A stretch of 64,000 bases of DNA from Candidatus Entotheonellaceae bacterium (GCA_965238075.1 OZ250173.1:2144001-2208000); one strand, 5' to 3'; shown: positions 1-11,059, counted from the first letter of the stretch. The notes: generated by a model not told the origin, from the sequence alone. Numbers and translations: made by a program.

Positions 1-1
1 C

Positions 2-1645
2 TACATTTCCGGCTTCCTGCGCGAGAACCCCGACGGTTCCACGACTCTGGAGAGCGGCCGTCTTGAGCTGTTCCGGAACTTCGACGAGCACGGCAATCCG
101 CTCGCCCGCCCGCACACGCTGCTCATCGACAGCGAGCAACTCGAATCCGGGCAGGCGCTTGACAGGAACTTCCGCCGCATGGCCGCGGACGAGATCGAGC
201 GTTTCCGCCGCGAGATCGTCGAGCGCACGGGCGACCGCCAACAGGCCGAGAACCTCTCCGACCAGGATCTACTGCGCGAGGTGATGAACACCGTGGGCAA
301 GGCGGGCAGGCTCGGCGGTGCGACCCGCTGCGTCGTTTCAGTCTCGATGCTGACGGAAGGCTGGGATGCCAACACGGTCACCCATGTCCTCGGCGTGCGC
401 GCCTTCGGCACCCAACTTCTCTGCGAGCAGGTGATCGGTCGGGCGCTGCGCCGACAATCCTACGACCTGAATGAAGAAGACCGCCTGGACGTTGAATATG
501 CCGACGTGCTCGGCATCCCGTTCGACTTCACGGCCAAGCCGGTGGCCGCCCCACTGCAGCCGCCACGCCCGATCGTGCAGGTCAAGGCGATCAGCCCGGA
601 CCGCGACGCATGCGAGATCCGCTTCCCGCGTGTCGCGGGCTATCGCATCGAGTTGCCGGACGAGCGATTGCAAGCCAGGTTCGACGACGATTCGACGCTG
701 GAACTCACCCCCGAGATCGTCGGTCCCTCGATCACCCGCAACGAGGGAATCATCGGAGAGGGTGTGAACTTGAGCCTTGAGCACCTCGGCGATTTGCGTG
801 TCTCGACGCTTCTTTTTCATCTCACGAAGCGACTGATCGAGACGAAGTGGCGCGATCCCGGCGAGGAGCCGAAGCTCTTCCTCTTCGGCCAGCTCAAGCG
901 AATCACGCGCCAATGGCTGGACAGCCATCTCATCTGCAAGGGCGGGACCTACCCGGCGCAGCTCATGTACCAGGAACTCGCGGACATGGCCTGCGAGCGC
1001 ATCACCAACGGAATCGTCGAGGCGCATGTCGGCGAGCGCCCGGTCAAGGCCGTTCTCGACTCCTACAACCCCGCCGGTTCGACGGCCCATGTCCGCTTCG
1101 CCACCTCGAAGAAGACTCTTTGGAAGACCGATTCGCGTCGCTGTCACGTCAACTGGGTGGTCTGTGACAGCGACTGGGAGGCGGAGTTCTGCCGCGTTGC
1201 GGAAGCGCATCCCCGGGTCCGCGCCTACGTCAAGAACCAGGGCTTGGGCCTGGAGGTGCCCTATCGCCGCGGTGCCTCGGCTCACACCTACATCCCCGAT
1301 TTCATCGTGCGGGTGGACGACGGGCTCGGCGGCGACGATCCGTTGCACTTGGTCGTCGAAATCAAGGGGTATCGGGGGGAGGACGCGAAAGAAAAGAAAG
1401 AGACCATGGACACCTACTGGGTGTCCGGCGTGAATCGGCTCGGCACCTACGGGCGCTGGGCCTTCGTGGAGTTTGCGGATGTGTATGATATGCAATCCGA
1501 TTTCGAGACCAGAGTGGAGGTCGAATTCAATCGTTTGATGAATCAGTTCCGGCCAAAGGAAGGGGTTGCGGCCGCCGAATGGTCGGCCAGGGTAGGGGGT
1601 AGCGCCCCGGGTATTGAATACGTTTCGCGACGGCGGTCAACATGA
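2..1645 (+). CDS. res: Type III restriction endonuclease Res subunit (BPTD_3080-like), 5' end outside window
   Basis: Frame is open from position 2 (YISGFLRENPDG...TLLIDSEQLESG). Helicase motifs SVSMLTEGWDA and CEQVIGRALRR, C-terminal PD-(D/E)xK nuclease (YIPDFIV...VVEIKGY). A Mod gene lies downstream. Confidence 0.9.
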   Translation, partial: YISGFLRENPDGSTTLESGRLELFRNFDEHGNPLARPHTLLIDSEQLESGQALDRNFRRMAADEIERFRREIVERTGDRQQAENLSDQDLLREVMNTVGKAGRLGGATRCVVSVSMLTEGWDANTVTHVLGVRAFGTQLLCEQVIGRALRRQSYDLNEEDRLDVEYADVLGIPFDFTAKPVAAPLQPPRPIVQVKAISPDRDACEIRFPRVAGYRIELPDERLQARFDDDSTLELTPEIVGPSITRNEGIIGEGVNLSLEHLGDLRVSTLLFHLTKRLIETKWRDPGEEPKLFLFGQLKRITRQWLDSHLICKGGTYPAQLMYQELADMACERITNGIVEAHVGERPVKAVLDSYNPAGSTAHVRFATSKKTLWKTDSRRCHVNWVVCDSDWEAEFCRVAEAHPRVRAYVKNQGLGLEVPYRRGASAHTYIPDFIVRVDDGLGGDDPLHLVVEIKGYRGEDAKEKKETMDTYWVSGVNRLGTYGRWAFVEFADVYDMQSDFETRVEVEFNRLMNQFRPKEGVAAAEWSARVGGSAPGIEYVSRRRST

Positions 1646-2115
1646 ATACCAGGCTTTACACAGACGGGGAGCTCACCGAACTCCGGTTAATGCCGAAACG
1701 GATAACCAACCCGAGGGCACGCTGGTTGGAAAAGCCCAAGGGGAGGCCCGCGCACCATCAACGCAACTTTCAAGCGTCCGGGCAACAAAACGAAGAGGCG
1801 CGTTTCTCGGTTTATCAACGTCAGAACCTAAACGACGACAGCGATTTTTCGTGCGGCATCTCATGCCTCTCGCCCAGCGGTCCGTCTCTGACGCTGGCGC
1901 GTTACAATGGCCCGAGCCATGCGCATGGCGACATCGTATACCGTCCGCACATTCATCGCGCTTCGGAGAGAGCTATCACGGCGGGCAGGAAACCGGAGTC
2001 CGAGGCTGAAGCAACCAACCGATTCGAGACTCTTGAGGGCGCTCTGGCTTGCCTGATGGAAGACTTCAATTTGACCGGACTCGACGCTCAACACGATCAA
2101 CCGAGGATGTTCTGA
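1642..2115 (+). CDS. Hypothetical protein, DUF6978-like (RYNG..H.H...PHIH motif)
   Basis: 157-aa ORF; ATGA overlap with the res stop, and its own stop overlaps the next ATG (TGATG). His-rich motif LARYNGPSHAH...RPHIH. Confidence 0.6.
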   Translation: MNTRLYTDGELTELRLMPKRITNPRARWLEKPKGRPAHHQRNFQASGQQNEEARFSVYQRQNLNDDSDFSCGISCLSPSGPSLTLARYNGPSHAHGDIVYRPHIHRASERAITAGRKPESEAEATNRFETLEGALACLMEDFNLTGLDAQHDQPRMF

Positions 2116-2894
2116 TGATCGACCTCGACGCACTCCGAAAATTGTTATGCGAGCGTCTCTGCGAAGACGTAGGAGTCGAACAGCGCCCAGACGGCGCATT
2201 GATGCTGCGCACGCGCTTTGAGTTTCCTGACGGAGACCGCTACCCGATTCACCTTGCCGAAGCAGGGCCGGGCGGGCTCCGGTTGTCGGACCGCGGGCAT
2301 ACACTCATGCACATCAGCTACGAGCACGACGTGGACGCGTTTCTGGACGCAACCCGAGGAATGCTCCTTGAGCGCATCATGGGTGAGACCGGGCTTCAAT
2401 GGGACGGCGGCGCTCTCTGCCTCGATGCACCACCCGAGCGGTTGCCAGAGGCCATTTTTGCTTTTGGACAGGCACTGACCAGGGTCTACGACCTGACGTT
2501 GCTGTCCCGCTCGAACGTTGGCTCCACGTTCTATGACGACTTGGCCGATCTCCTCTTCAGCACGGTAGACGAAGCCAAGATCGAACGGGATTACCAACCG
2601 GAAGTACCAAACGCTGACGTCTATCCGGTGGATTACCGCATCGAGGGCAAGAGCGGCGTTCCTCTGTTCTTTTACGGTGTGCCAAACCGTGACAAGGCAC
2701 GCCTGACGACCATTATGCTGTCGCATTTCCATCGGCACGCCCTCCGCTTCGAGTCCATCCTCGTATTCGAAGATCAGGCAGAGATTCCGAGGCGGGACCT
2801 GGCGAGACTCTCCGACGTCGGCGGCGACATGATCTCATCGCTGGCATCGCGGGAAGATTTCAACCGAAAAGTCTTGCAGCGCGTCGCAGCGTGA
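2115..2894 (+). CDS. DUF1828/DUF1829-type protein
   Basis: ATG at 2115 overlaps the upstream TGA. N-terminal TRFEFPDGD...LSDRGHTL is typical of DUF1828; C-terminal REase-like segment (YPVDYRI). Confidence 0.7.
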   Translation: MIDLDALRKLLCERLCEDVGVEQRPDGALMLRTRFEFPDGDRYPIHLAEAGPGGLRLSDRGHTLMHISYEHDVDAFLDATRGMLLERIMGETGLQWDGGALCLDAPPERLPEAIFAFGQALTRVYDLTLLSRSNVGSTFYDDLADLLFSTVDEAKIERDYQPEVPNADVYPVDYRIEGKSGVPLFFYGVPNRDKARLTTIMLSHFHRHALRFESILVFEDQAEIPRRDLARLSDVGGDMISSLASREDFNRKVLQRVAA

Positions 2895-2958
2895 CGCCTG
2901 GAGAACGCGTACCGCGCATGCGGCCCTGATGAAATGGCTCCAACGCAAGGAGAGCTTC

Positions 2959-3261
2959 ATGAAGTTGAAGGTAATCATTCACGAAGCCGAAGAAGGCGGC
3001 TATTGGGCCGAGGTGCCCGCCATTCCGGGATGCGCAACGCAGGGAGAGACGTTCGAGGAGTTGCTCGGCAACCTCTATGAGGCCGTCGAAGGGTGCCTCT
3101 CCGTTGACGTCCGCGGCATCTCCGCTTCGATAGTGGCTCAGTTTGAATTTTCTCCCTCACCCCAACCCTCTCCCAGAGGGAGAGGGAGCATCAATTTCCC
3201 AAAGAAGAAGGTCCTCTTGCCCTCTGGAGCGCTTAATCCCCCTCCCTCTGGGAGGGGCTAG
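2959..3261 (+). CDS. hicB: Short HicB-family antitoxin; C-terminus replaced by MITE sequence
   Basis: [42 protein letters not shown] signature, SD GGAG upstream. From 3129 the frame reads through the MITE. Confidence 0.8.
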   Translation: MKLKVIIHEAEEGGYWAEVPAIPGCATQGETFEELLGNLYEAVEGCLSVDVRGISASIVAQFEFSPSPQPSPRGRGSINFPKKKVLLPSGALNPPPSGRG

Positions 3262-3328
3262 GGGAGGGCTTAGGGAGGGGGCGATGCGCCGGCAGAAGTG
3301 AAGGGGCATTTGAAACTGAGCCACTACC
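3129..3328. mobile_element. 200-bp MITE with 19-bp terminal inverted repeats and 8-bp target duplication (IS1595-like ends)
   Basis: Left end GATAGTGGCTCAGTTTGAA, right end reverse complement GGTAGTGGCTCAGTTTCAA. TCCGCTTC is duplicated at 3121-3128 and 3329-3336. Interior holds CCCTCACCCCAACCCTCTCCC..GGGAGAGGG palindromes. Confidence 0.85.
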
Positions 3329-4354
3329 TCCGCTTCCGGTGCACGGCGAGGCGGCACTGAAACGAGGCCTGCAAAGACATCTGATGAAGCTTGGGGATAT
3401 TGATGAATCGGAACTGTAACAACGCGCCGTCCGCCACGCGCGCCGGAGGCTGATTCACATGGCCAGATCACGCGGTAAGTCTCTGAAGAGCGTCGAAACG
3501 CTGGTCCACGGTCAGGCGGCGCGGCGCAACATCCCGACGGCAGAGTATCACCCGGTGCTGCCGGATGAGGACAAGGCACCGATCCGGGTCGCCTACGAAC
3601 GCCGCAACCGCGACCTCGACCCGCAACTCGTCTGGCGCGGCAAGGACATGCAGGACTGGTCCGATCTGGTGGTCCAGGCACCGCCGCTCTACATCCAGGA
3701 GAAGGTGCACCCCAAGGTGCTGATCGACGACCTGCTAAGGGAGTCGAAAGCGCGGGCGAAGCAGGACGTGCCCGAGACGCTGGACTTGTTCGCGGACTTC
3801 AACGGTCTGCCGAGTGAGGACGCCAAGACCGAGTTCTATCAGCACGATGCCAACTGGTCGAACCGAATGATCCTCGGCGACAGCCTGCAGGTGATGGCGT
3901 CGCTGGCCGAGCGTGAGGGGCTGCGCGGCAAGGTGCAGTGCATCTATATCGACCCGCCCTACGGCATCAAGTTCAACTCCAACTTCCAGTGGTCGACCAC
4001 CAGCCGTGACGTAAAGGACGGCAAGGCTGATCACATTACCCGAGAGCCGGAACAGGTGAGGGCCTTTCGTGATACGTGGCGGGACGGCATTCACTCATAC
4101 CTGACGTATCTCCGTGATCGGCTGACCGTGGCGCGGGACCTGTTGTCGGATAGCGGGTCGATCTTTGTGCAGATCGGCGATGAGAATGTTCATCTCGTTC
4201 GAACATTACTTGAAGAAGTGTTTGGCTCTAAACTTCGTGAGTCAGATTAGCTTCGCGAAGACCACCGGATTTTCGGGCGACTATCTGTCTAACGTTTCAG
4301 ACTACCTACTTTGGTTTTCAAAATCTTTCGACAGATTGAAATTTCGGGAACTAA

Positions 4355-5280
4355 GAACTTATCCTTAAATAGAAATAATCTTCCTGTACGTGATGATAGC
4401 AGCGGCCAATTGCAGCAGGGCGACATGGGTCGCATGGTATTTCTCGAACCGAACCAGGAGCTTGCGAAACCGGTTGAACCATGAATGGCTCACTTCAACA
4501 ATCCATCTCCTGGCCTTATAGCCAGGATTGGCTTTTTTCTCCCGAATCTCTTCACCCCGTTGCTTCACGTACGGCACGTAGCCATGCGAGACGATAATCC
4601 CTAAGGCCGCTTTACCACTGTAACCTTTGTCCGCACACAAGTGCTGTTCAAGACCCTGGGGTCGAACCATGACGATTGCTTCCAAGACCCTTTCGAGTTG
4701 GCTGACATCATGCCGGTTCGCTCCAGTTACGACGAGCGATAGCGGGGCGCCACGACCGTCGACCAACAAGTGACGCTTGCTACCTTTTTTTCCCCCTGTC
4801 GGTGGGGTTTCGACCCACGCTTTGCTGGGCCAGTGGGGCTTTGACCATGGCGCCGTCTATGCTTTGCCATCGCCAGGCGATGCCTTCCATGTCGTCGTAT
4901 TCGGCTAGCCCGGCTCGCCACAAAGACAAGAAGAACCCCGCTTCGGTCCAGCGCATAAAATGGGCATGGATGGCACTGGGGCTGCCATATGTTTCCTTGG
5001 GCAGGGCTTTCCATTGACAGCCGGTGCGCAAGACATAGACGATGGCCTCGAAGACACGTCGTGGCGCTATGGGTTTTCTACCGGCGCCGGGTTTGCGCTT
5101 GTAGGTCTTGTTCGGGTCGCGTTTGGGGAGTGGTATGAGGGGCTCGACTTTAGCCCAGAAGGAATCCGATACTTCCCACGAGTGTAGGGTTGCCATAGAG
5201 TCTCCATGCGCTCCGGGTTGAACGTGAAGACGAAGACAGGATAGGACATACCAAATACCATGCTATTTAAGGATAGGTTC
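4355..5280 (-). mobile_element. IS5-family insertion sequence (926 bp, IS427/IS1031-like)
   Basis: 18-bp TIRs GAACTTATCCTTAAATAG / GAACCTATCCTTAAATAG; TAA target duplication at 4352-4354 and 5281-5283; two-ORF transposase. Confidence 0.93.
4365..5196 (-). CDS. IS5-family DDE transposase, orfA (4780-5196) + orfB (4365-4769) joined by a probable -1 frameshift
   Basis: orfA has VLRTGCQWKALP and SIDGAMVKAP; orfB has LCADKGY and RWIVEVSHSWFNRFRKL. Slippery G5A7 run on the minus strand near 4785-4796. Confidence 0.9.
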
Positions 5281-7206
5281 TAAGCCTCGTGAAGCAACCC
5301 GGAGAACCGGGAGCAACCGCTTATCGCAGTTTATCCGAGCTTCCAGGGGCGTTTGACCAATTCGAGCCGACGCGCCTTGCGACGTCAGATCAGCTGACGT
5401 CGCAAGGCGCGTCGGTCAATACAGAACAATCGTTCAATTTTAGGGAATGCGTGAGGACGCCCCCGAAGGGCCTCCATTGGAAAACCACAGTCGATGGAAT
5501 GATGCGATTGGACAAATGCGGTCGCGTCTTTTTGGTTGGTAACACTCTTCGCTATCTGCGGTTTCTCGACGACTTTCCAGTAGTTCCGTTCACGAACAAC
5601 TGGACTGACACTGGAATAGCCGGTTACACGGCTGACAAAATATTTGTAGTGCAAACGCTCCCCAAAGTCATCGAACGTTGTGTCCTGACAACCACCGACC
5701 CCGGCGACTTGGTGCTCGACCCAACCTGCGGCTCCGGCACCACCGCCTACGTCGCCGAGCAGTGGGGCCGGCGCTGGATCACCATCGACACCAGCCGCGT
5801 GGCCTTGGCTCTGGCCCGCGCCCGAGTTATGGGCGCGCGCTACCCTTACTATCTGCTTGCCGACAGCCGGGAGGGTCAGCGGAAGGAAGCTGAGATCAGT
5901 CGCAGGGCGCCGTCCGATGCACCGACCCACGGTGATATCAGACAAGGTTTCGTTTACGAACGTGTCCTGCACATCACCCTCAAATCCATCGCCAACAACG
6001 CCGAGATCGACGTGATCTGGGAGAGGTTTCAGGAGACGCTGGAGCCGCTCCGCGCCCAGCTCAACGCGGCGCTCGGCGAGAGCTGGGAAGAGTGGGAGAT
6101 TCCGCGCGATGCGGCGGAGGACTGGCCCGATGAGGCCAAGGAGGTTCACCGCGACTGGTGGGCGGCGCGTATCGCCCGCCAGAAGGAGATCGACGCCTCC
6201 ATCGCCGCCAAGGCGGATTACGAATATCTATACGACAAGCCCTATACCGACAATTCCTGCATCCGAGTCGCTGGTCCGTTCACGGTCGAGAGTCTCGCGC
6301 CTCACCGGACGCTGGCCGTGGACGAAAACGACGAGATTGTCCGCAATCTCGCGGAGGCGAAGCTGGGCTACGGCGAGTCGCAGGATTTCGCCGCCATGGT
6401 CTTGGCGCATCTGGCCATGGCCGGCGTCCAGCAGGCGCACAAGGAGGACCGTATCGCCTTCTCCTCGCTCGCGCCCTGGCCGGGCGACTATGTCTGCGCC
6501 GAAGGGCGCTATGTCGAGGGCGATGACGAGACCGGCATCGAGCGTCGCGCCGCCGTCTTCATCGGCCCCGAGTTCGGCACGGTCTCGCGCCCGGATTTGG
6601 TCGCCGCGGCGCGCGAGGCGGCCGACGCGGGTTTCGACGTGCTGATTGCCTGCGCCTTCAGCTACGACGCCCATTCCGCCGAATTCGAGAAACTCGGGCG
6701 CATCCCGGTCCTCAAGGCGCGCATGAACGCCGACCTCCACATGGCCGGCGACCTCAAGAACACTGGCAAGGGCAATCTGTTCGTCATCTTCGGCGAACCC
6801 GATATCGACATATCGGATGCCGGTGGCGAGCAGATCCGGGTGAAGATCAACGGCGTCGACGTCTTCCACCCCAACAGCGGCGAGGTGCGCGCCGCCGGCG
6901 CCGACGGCATCGCCTGCTGGTTCATCGATACCGACTACAACGAAGAGAGCTTCTTCGTCCGCCACGCCTACTTCCTCGGCGCCAATGACCCCTACAAGGC
7001 GCTCAAGACCACGCTGAAGGCCGAAATCGACCCCGACGCCTGGGCGACGCTCAACAGCGACACCTCCCGCCCCTTCGACCGCCCGCAATCCGGACGCATC
7101 GCCGTCAAGGTCATCAACCACCTCGGTGACGAGGTGATGAAGGTGTTCCGGGCATGAACGGAAGTGGCGAACCGGATCGGTGTGCCGATCACGGTGGAGA
7201 CCTGAG

Positions 7207-9285
7207 ATGGAGTTCCGCATTGCCGACACGTTCACCGACAGCCTCGCCAAGCTGACGGGACAGGAGCAGAAAGCAGCCAAGACCACGGCCTTTGACCTCC
7301 AGGTCGACCCTGCAAACCCGGGCCTTCAGTTTCATAGGATCGATCGAGCCAGGGATCGGAGCTTCTGGTCGGTTCGCGTGAATCGGGATATTCGCCTGAT
7401 CGTTCATCGAACCGCGTCAAGCCTTCTCTTGTGTTACGTCGACCACCACGACGATGCCTACCGCTGGGCCGAGTGCCGCAAGATCGAACGGCATCCGACG
7501 ACCGGTGCCGCCCAGATCATCGAAATGCGAGAGATGGTAGAGGAGGTCAAGGTCCAACGGCCCGCCGAAGACGCAGCTCCGGGCGTGGAACAGCCGCTAT
7601 TGTTCGCACCAGTGGCTGATGATGAGTTGCTGGGCTACGGTGTGCCCTCGGAATGGCTCGATGACGTGAAGCGCGCCACGGAAGACACCCTCTTCGACCT
7701 CGCCGAACACCTGCCTCAAGAAGCCGCCGAAGCATTGCTGGACCTGGCGACTGGCGGAGTCCCACAGGTGGTTGCATACGCACTCCCTGGCGCGGACCCG
7801 TTCGCCCATCCGGACGCGCAACGCCGATTCCGGGTTATGGCGAACGCGGAAGAGCTGGAAAGCGCGCTCGAATACCCGTGGGAGAAGTGGACCGTCTTCC
7901 TCCACCCGGCGCAGCGCCGGATCGTCGAGCGTGGCTTTGGCGGCCCGGCCCGGGTCTCGGGGTCGGCCGGAACCGGGAAGACGATCGTGGCACTTCATCG
8001 GGCCGTCCATCTCGCCCAGGCGCATCCGGACGCTCGGGTTCTCCTCGCCACCTTCTCCGACACACTCGCGAACGCCCTGCGCGTCAAGCTGAGGCGCCTG
8101 ATCGGCAACCAGCCCAACATCGGCGAACGCCTCGAAGTGCACTCGATGGGCGGCATCTGCCGGCGCCTCTACGAAGCGAACTTCGGCCCGCCCAATCTGG
8201 CGACCAACGATCAGGTTCGAGAGCTGCTCGCCCGGGCGGCGGCCGAAGTGGAAGGGCATAGGTTCAGCCCGCATTTCCTTTGGACGGAATGGAACAGAGT
8301 GGTCGATGCCTGGCAGCTTGAGACTTGGGAAGACTACCGGGACGTTGTACGGCTCGGCCGCAAGACACGCCTGGCGGAACCGCAGCGGGCCGTATTGTGG
8401 TCGATCTTTTCCAGGTTGCGCGTCGCCCTTGCTGATCAGGGATGCCTCACGGAGCCCGGCCTGTTCCGTCGCCTGGAGCGGCACTTTGCGAACGCGCGTC
8501 ATTTGCCGTTCGATTTCTGCGTCATCGATGAGGCTCAGGATATCGGCGTGCCGGAGCTTCGCTTGCTCGCCGCCCTCGGCAGTGGCCGGCCCGACTGTCT
8601 GTTCTTCGCGGGCGATCTGGGTCAACGTATCTTCCAGACGCCGTTCTCGTGGCGGGCGCTAGGCGTAGACGTGCGCGGGCGCTCCCATACCTTGCGCATC
8701 AACTACCGGACCTCCCATCAGATTCGACGACAGGCGGATCGACTTCTGCCGGGCGAGCTCGCCGACGTGGATGGCATTGCCGAGCGGCGAGGCGGCACGG
8801 TCTCGGTGTTCAACGGACCGGAGCCGCACATCAGAATGCTTGAATCGCCGGATGAGGAGTGCGCAGCCATCGCCGAGTGGCTCGCTGCGCGGCGCCAGGA
8901 AGGGTACATGCCGCACGAGATCGGCGTGTTCGTCCGGTCCGATGCCGAGATGGAACGGGCGATCGAGGCCGTCCACGCTGCCGGAATGTCCGCGGCTCTA
9001 CTGGACGAACGCTCGGACGCCGCATCCGGCAACGTCGCGGTCGGAACGATGCACCTCGCCAAAGGCCTGGAGTTCCGCGCCGTAGCGGTCGCGGCGTGCG
9101 ACGACGAGATCCTGCCGCTGCAATCCAGAATCGAAAGCATCGCCGACGAAGCCGATCTCGCGGATACCTACGAGACCGAGCGGCACCTTCTCTACGTGGC
9201 TTGCACACGCGCCCGGGACCACCTTCTGGTTACTGGCGTCGAGCCGGCGTCGGAGTTTCTGGAAGACCTGCGGATGAACGAGTAG
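7207..9285 (+). CDS. UvrD/Rep SF1 helicase with N-terminal RelE/ParE-like domain
   Basis: Walker A GSAGTGKT, VIDEAQD, NYRTS, TMHLAKGLEF, LLYVACTRAR. N-terminus GLQFHRI..FWSVRVNRDIRLIV is RelE-like. Confidence 0.85.
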   Translation: MEFRIADTFTDSLAKLTGQEQKAAKTTAFDLQVDPANPGLQFHRIDRARDRSFWSVRVNRDIRLIVHRTASSLLLCYVDHHDDAYRWAECRKIERHPTTGAAQIIEMREMVEEVKVQRPAEDAAPGVEQPLLFAPVADDELLGYGVPSEWLDDVKRATEDTLFDLAEHLPQEAAEALLDLATGGVPQVVAYALPGADPFAHPDAQRRFRVMANAEELESALEYPWEKWTVFLHPAQRRIVERGFGGPARVSGSAGTGKTIVALHRAVHLAQAHPDARVLLATFSDTLANALRVKLRRLIGNQPNIGERLEVHSMGGICRRLYEANFGPPNLATNDQVRELLARAAAEVEGHRFSPHFLWTEWNRVVDAWQLETWEDYRDVVRLGRKTRLAEPQRAVLWSIFSRLRVALADQGCLTEPGLFRRLERHFANARHLPFDFCVIDEAQDIGVPELRLLAALGSGRPDCLFFAGDLGQRIFQTPFSWRALGVDVRGRSHTLRINYRTSHQIRRQADRLLPGELADVDGIAERRGGTVSVFNGPEPHIRMLESPDEECAAIAEWLAARRQEGYMPHEIGVFVRSDAEMERAIEAVHAAGMSAALLDERSDAASGNVAVGTMHLAKGLEFRAVAVAACDDEILPLQSRIESIADEADLADTYETERHLLYVACTRARDHLLVTGVEPASEFLEDLRMNE

Positions 9286-9739
9286 CTTCATCCGCCGAGC
9301 GGACGGCTGGTCGGTGTGTGCGTGTCGGCCACAAACAGCCTACGCAGGAAAGAAATATGGGGTCCAGGTGGCGGATCTGGGGATCGCCTTCGGCGAGCTT
9401 GAGAGTTTGCATGATGTGTCAGAACGACAATCCGCCGTTGCATCAGCGTGTATTAGAACTCTGGCTTGAAACTTCTTTCGATGCACGCTTCTCGCGGCTG
9501 AAGGACACGACCACGGCGAACCACGCTGGTTTTGGTCACGTCGCCTTCGTCCCAGTCAATGGGCTGGCCAGTGTATCGGGTGGTTCGTATCCGCCTTGGG
9601 TGCGATTAAACGACCTGACGTCAATCGCCGCGCCAAAATGGAAATGGCTCTAACGGATGGCGGCGGCATGCCAAACGCGGAAGCGGCGGCACGTGGCAGA
9701 CGGGCGTGTCGCGCCACCGCCATTCCGTGCCCGATGCCA

Positions 9740-11059
9740 TCAAGCGGCAGGCTCTCTTCGGCGCCTGACGGTACCGCCTCCGGACGCAGGCGGCTGGACA
9801 TGCACTGGTGCCAGCCGTTTGACGAGGGTTCCGATCGTAAGCCCTTGCACCAGAATGGAGAACACGACGACGGCATAGGTCATGTAAAGAATCAGATCCC
9901 TCGATAGCTCCGGGGTCAGGGACAGGGCTAGCGCAATCGAAATGCCGCCGCGCAACCCGCCCCACGTGAGCAGCGCGATCGTGGCGCCAGGGTGTCCGTA
10001 GCGCAGTTTTGTGAACGGCAGTGGAATGGCAACCGAGACCGCACGTGCGAGCAACACCGCAGGAATTGCCAGCAGCCCTGCGACGAGATAGGCGACTTGG
10101 AAGTTGTGAGACAGCCCCAGGAGCACCAGCCCCATGAGCGTGAAGAGCACCGCGTTGAGAATGTGGTCGATGGCGTCCCACAGGTCGCTGAGGTGCCGCC
10201 GTTCGGATGCTGTCGCGTCTTTCGACCTGATACGCCGGCCGACGACGAGTCCGGTGACCACAAGCGCCAAGGCGCCGGAGACGTGAAGTCTGGAGGCAAG
10301 GGTAAAACAGCCCATGACCGCGGCGAGCGTGATGAGGACATCGGTTGTTGGCGCGCGGGCCAAGCGCACGAAACGGTTCGTCAGCCATCCGAACGCCAGC
10401 CCCAGAATCACGCCTCCGGCCGCTTCGCGGCCCAACAGTGCCACAGCGTCCACGATGACTGATTCTCTGGAATCGAGGCTCTCGCCGGCGCCAGCGATAT
10501 TCAGGAGGGTCAGGAATACGACGACGGCCACCCCGTCGTTCAGCAGGCTTTCTCCGGCGATATCGGCTTGTATGGATTTTGGCACGGCGGTCGCTCTGAG
10601 AATGGCGAGAACAGCGATGGGATCGGTCGGAGAGATCAGGGCGCCGAACAGAAGACAGTGCAGGAACGGCACATTATGGAGACCCAGCAGCCAGACAATC
10701 GCGTAGGCAAGGCCGCCGATGATCAACGTGGAGAGAACAATGCTAATTGTGGCGAAGCTCAGAATCGGCCAGCGGTCACGCGCCATGGACTCGGAATCTG
10801 CCGTGAATCCCCCTGCGAACATCAGAAACCCGAGCGCGATCTCGAGGACGAAGAAGCTGAAATCGACCTTCTCGACCTCGCGGCAGATATCCATGATCGG
10901 GGACGGAAAGGCTAGGCCGAACAGAATGACGGCAACGCTGGCCAGGAGCCCGGTCGCCATGAGGCCAATCGTCTCGGGGAATCGCAGAACCCTGCTGTTG
11001 AATACGCTGAACAGCGCGCTGAGGCCAAGGATAGCCGCAGCCAGTGCATAGATGTCCAT
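9740..11059 (-). CDS. nhaP: CPA1-family Na+/H+ antiporter (NhaP-like)
   Basis: Polytopic membrane protein with ISPTDPIAV, GESLLNDG and WGGLRGG motifs. Confidence 0.9.
   Translation of the reverse strand: MDIYALAAAILGLSALFSVFNSRVLRFPETIGLMATGLLASVAVILFGLAFPSPIMDICREVEKVDFSFFVLEIALGFLMFAGGFTADSESMARDRWPILSFATISIVLSTLIIGGLAYAIVWLLGLHNVPFLHCLLFGALISPTDPIAVLAILRATAVPKSIQADIAGESLLNDGVAVVVFLTLLNIAGAGESLDSRESVIVDAVALLGREAAGGVILGLAFGWLTNRFVRLARAPTTDVLITLAAVMGCFTLASRLHVSGALALVVTGLVVGRRIRSKDATASERRHLSDLWDAIDHILNAVLFTLMGLVLLGLSHNFQVAYLVAGLLAIPAVLLARAVSVAIPLPFTKLRYGHPGATIALLTWGGLRGGISIALALSLTPELSRDLILYMTYAVVVFSILVQGLTIGTLVKRLAPVHVQPPASGGGTVRRRREPAA

Larger units (their letters stand above)
3459..7157 (+). 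pseudogene. mod: Type III R-M Mod DNA methyltransferase (m6A, beta class), inactivated by a frameshift near 4230 and an IS insertion
   Basis: IDPPY motif in 3459-4250 and VLDPTCGSGTT in 5289-7157. Frame break at ggctct-a-aacttc (EVFGS/NFVSQISF). Removing the IS and one TAA gives continuous KFRELSLVKQPGE. Confidence 0.9.

Noticed and set aside
9286-9739. Gene or ncRNA between the helicase and the antiporter
   Set aside because: Only short ORFs without SD or motifs; no recognisable RNA structure.
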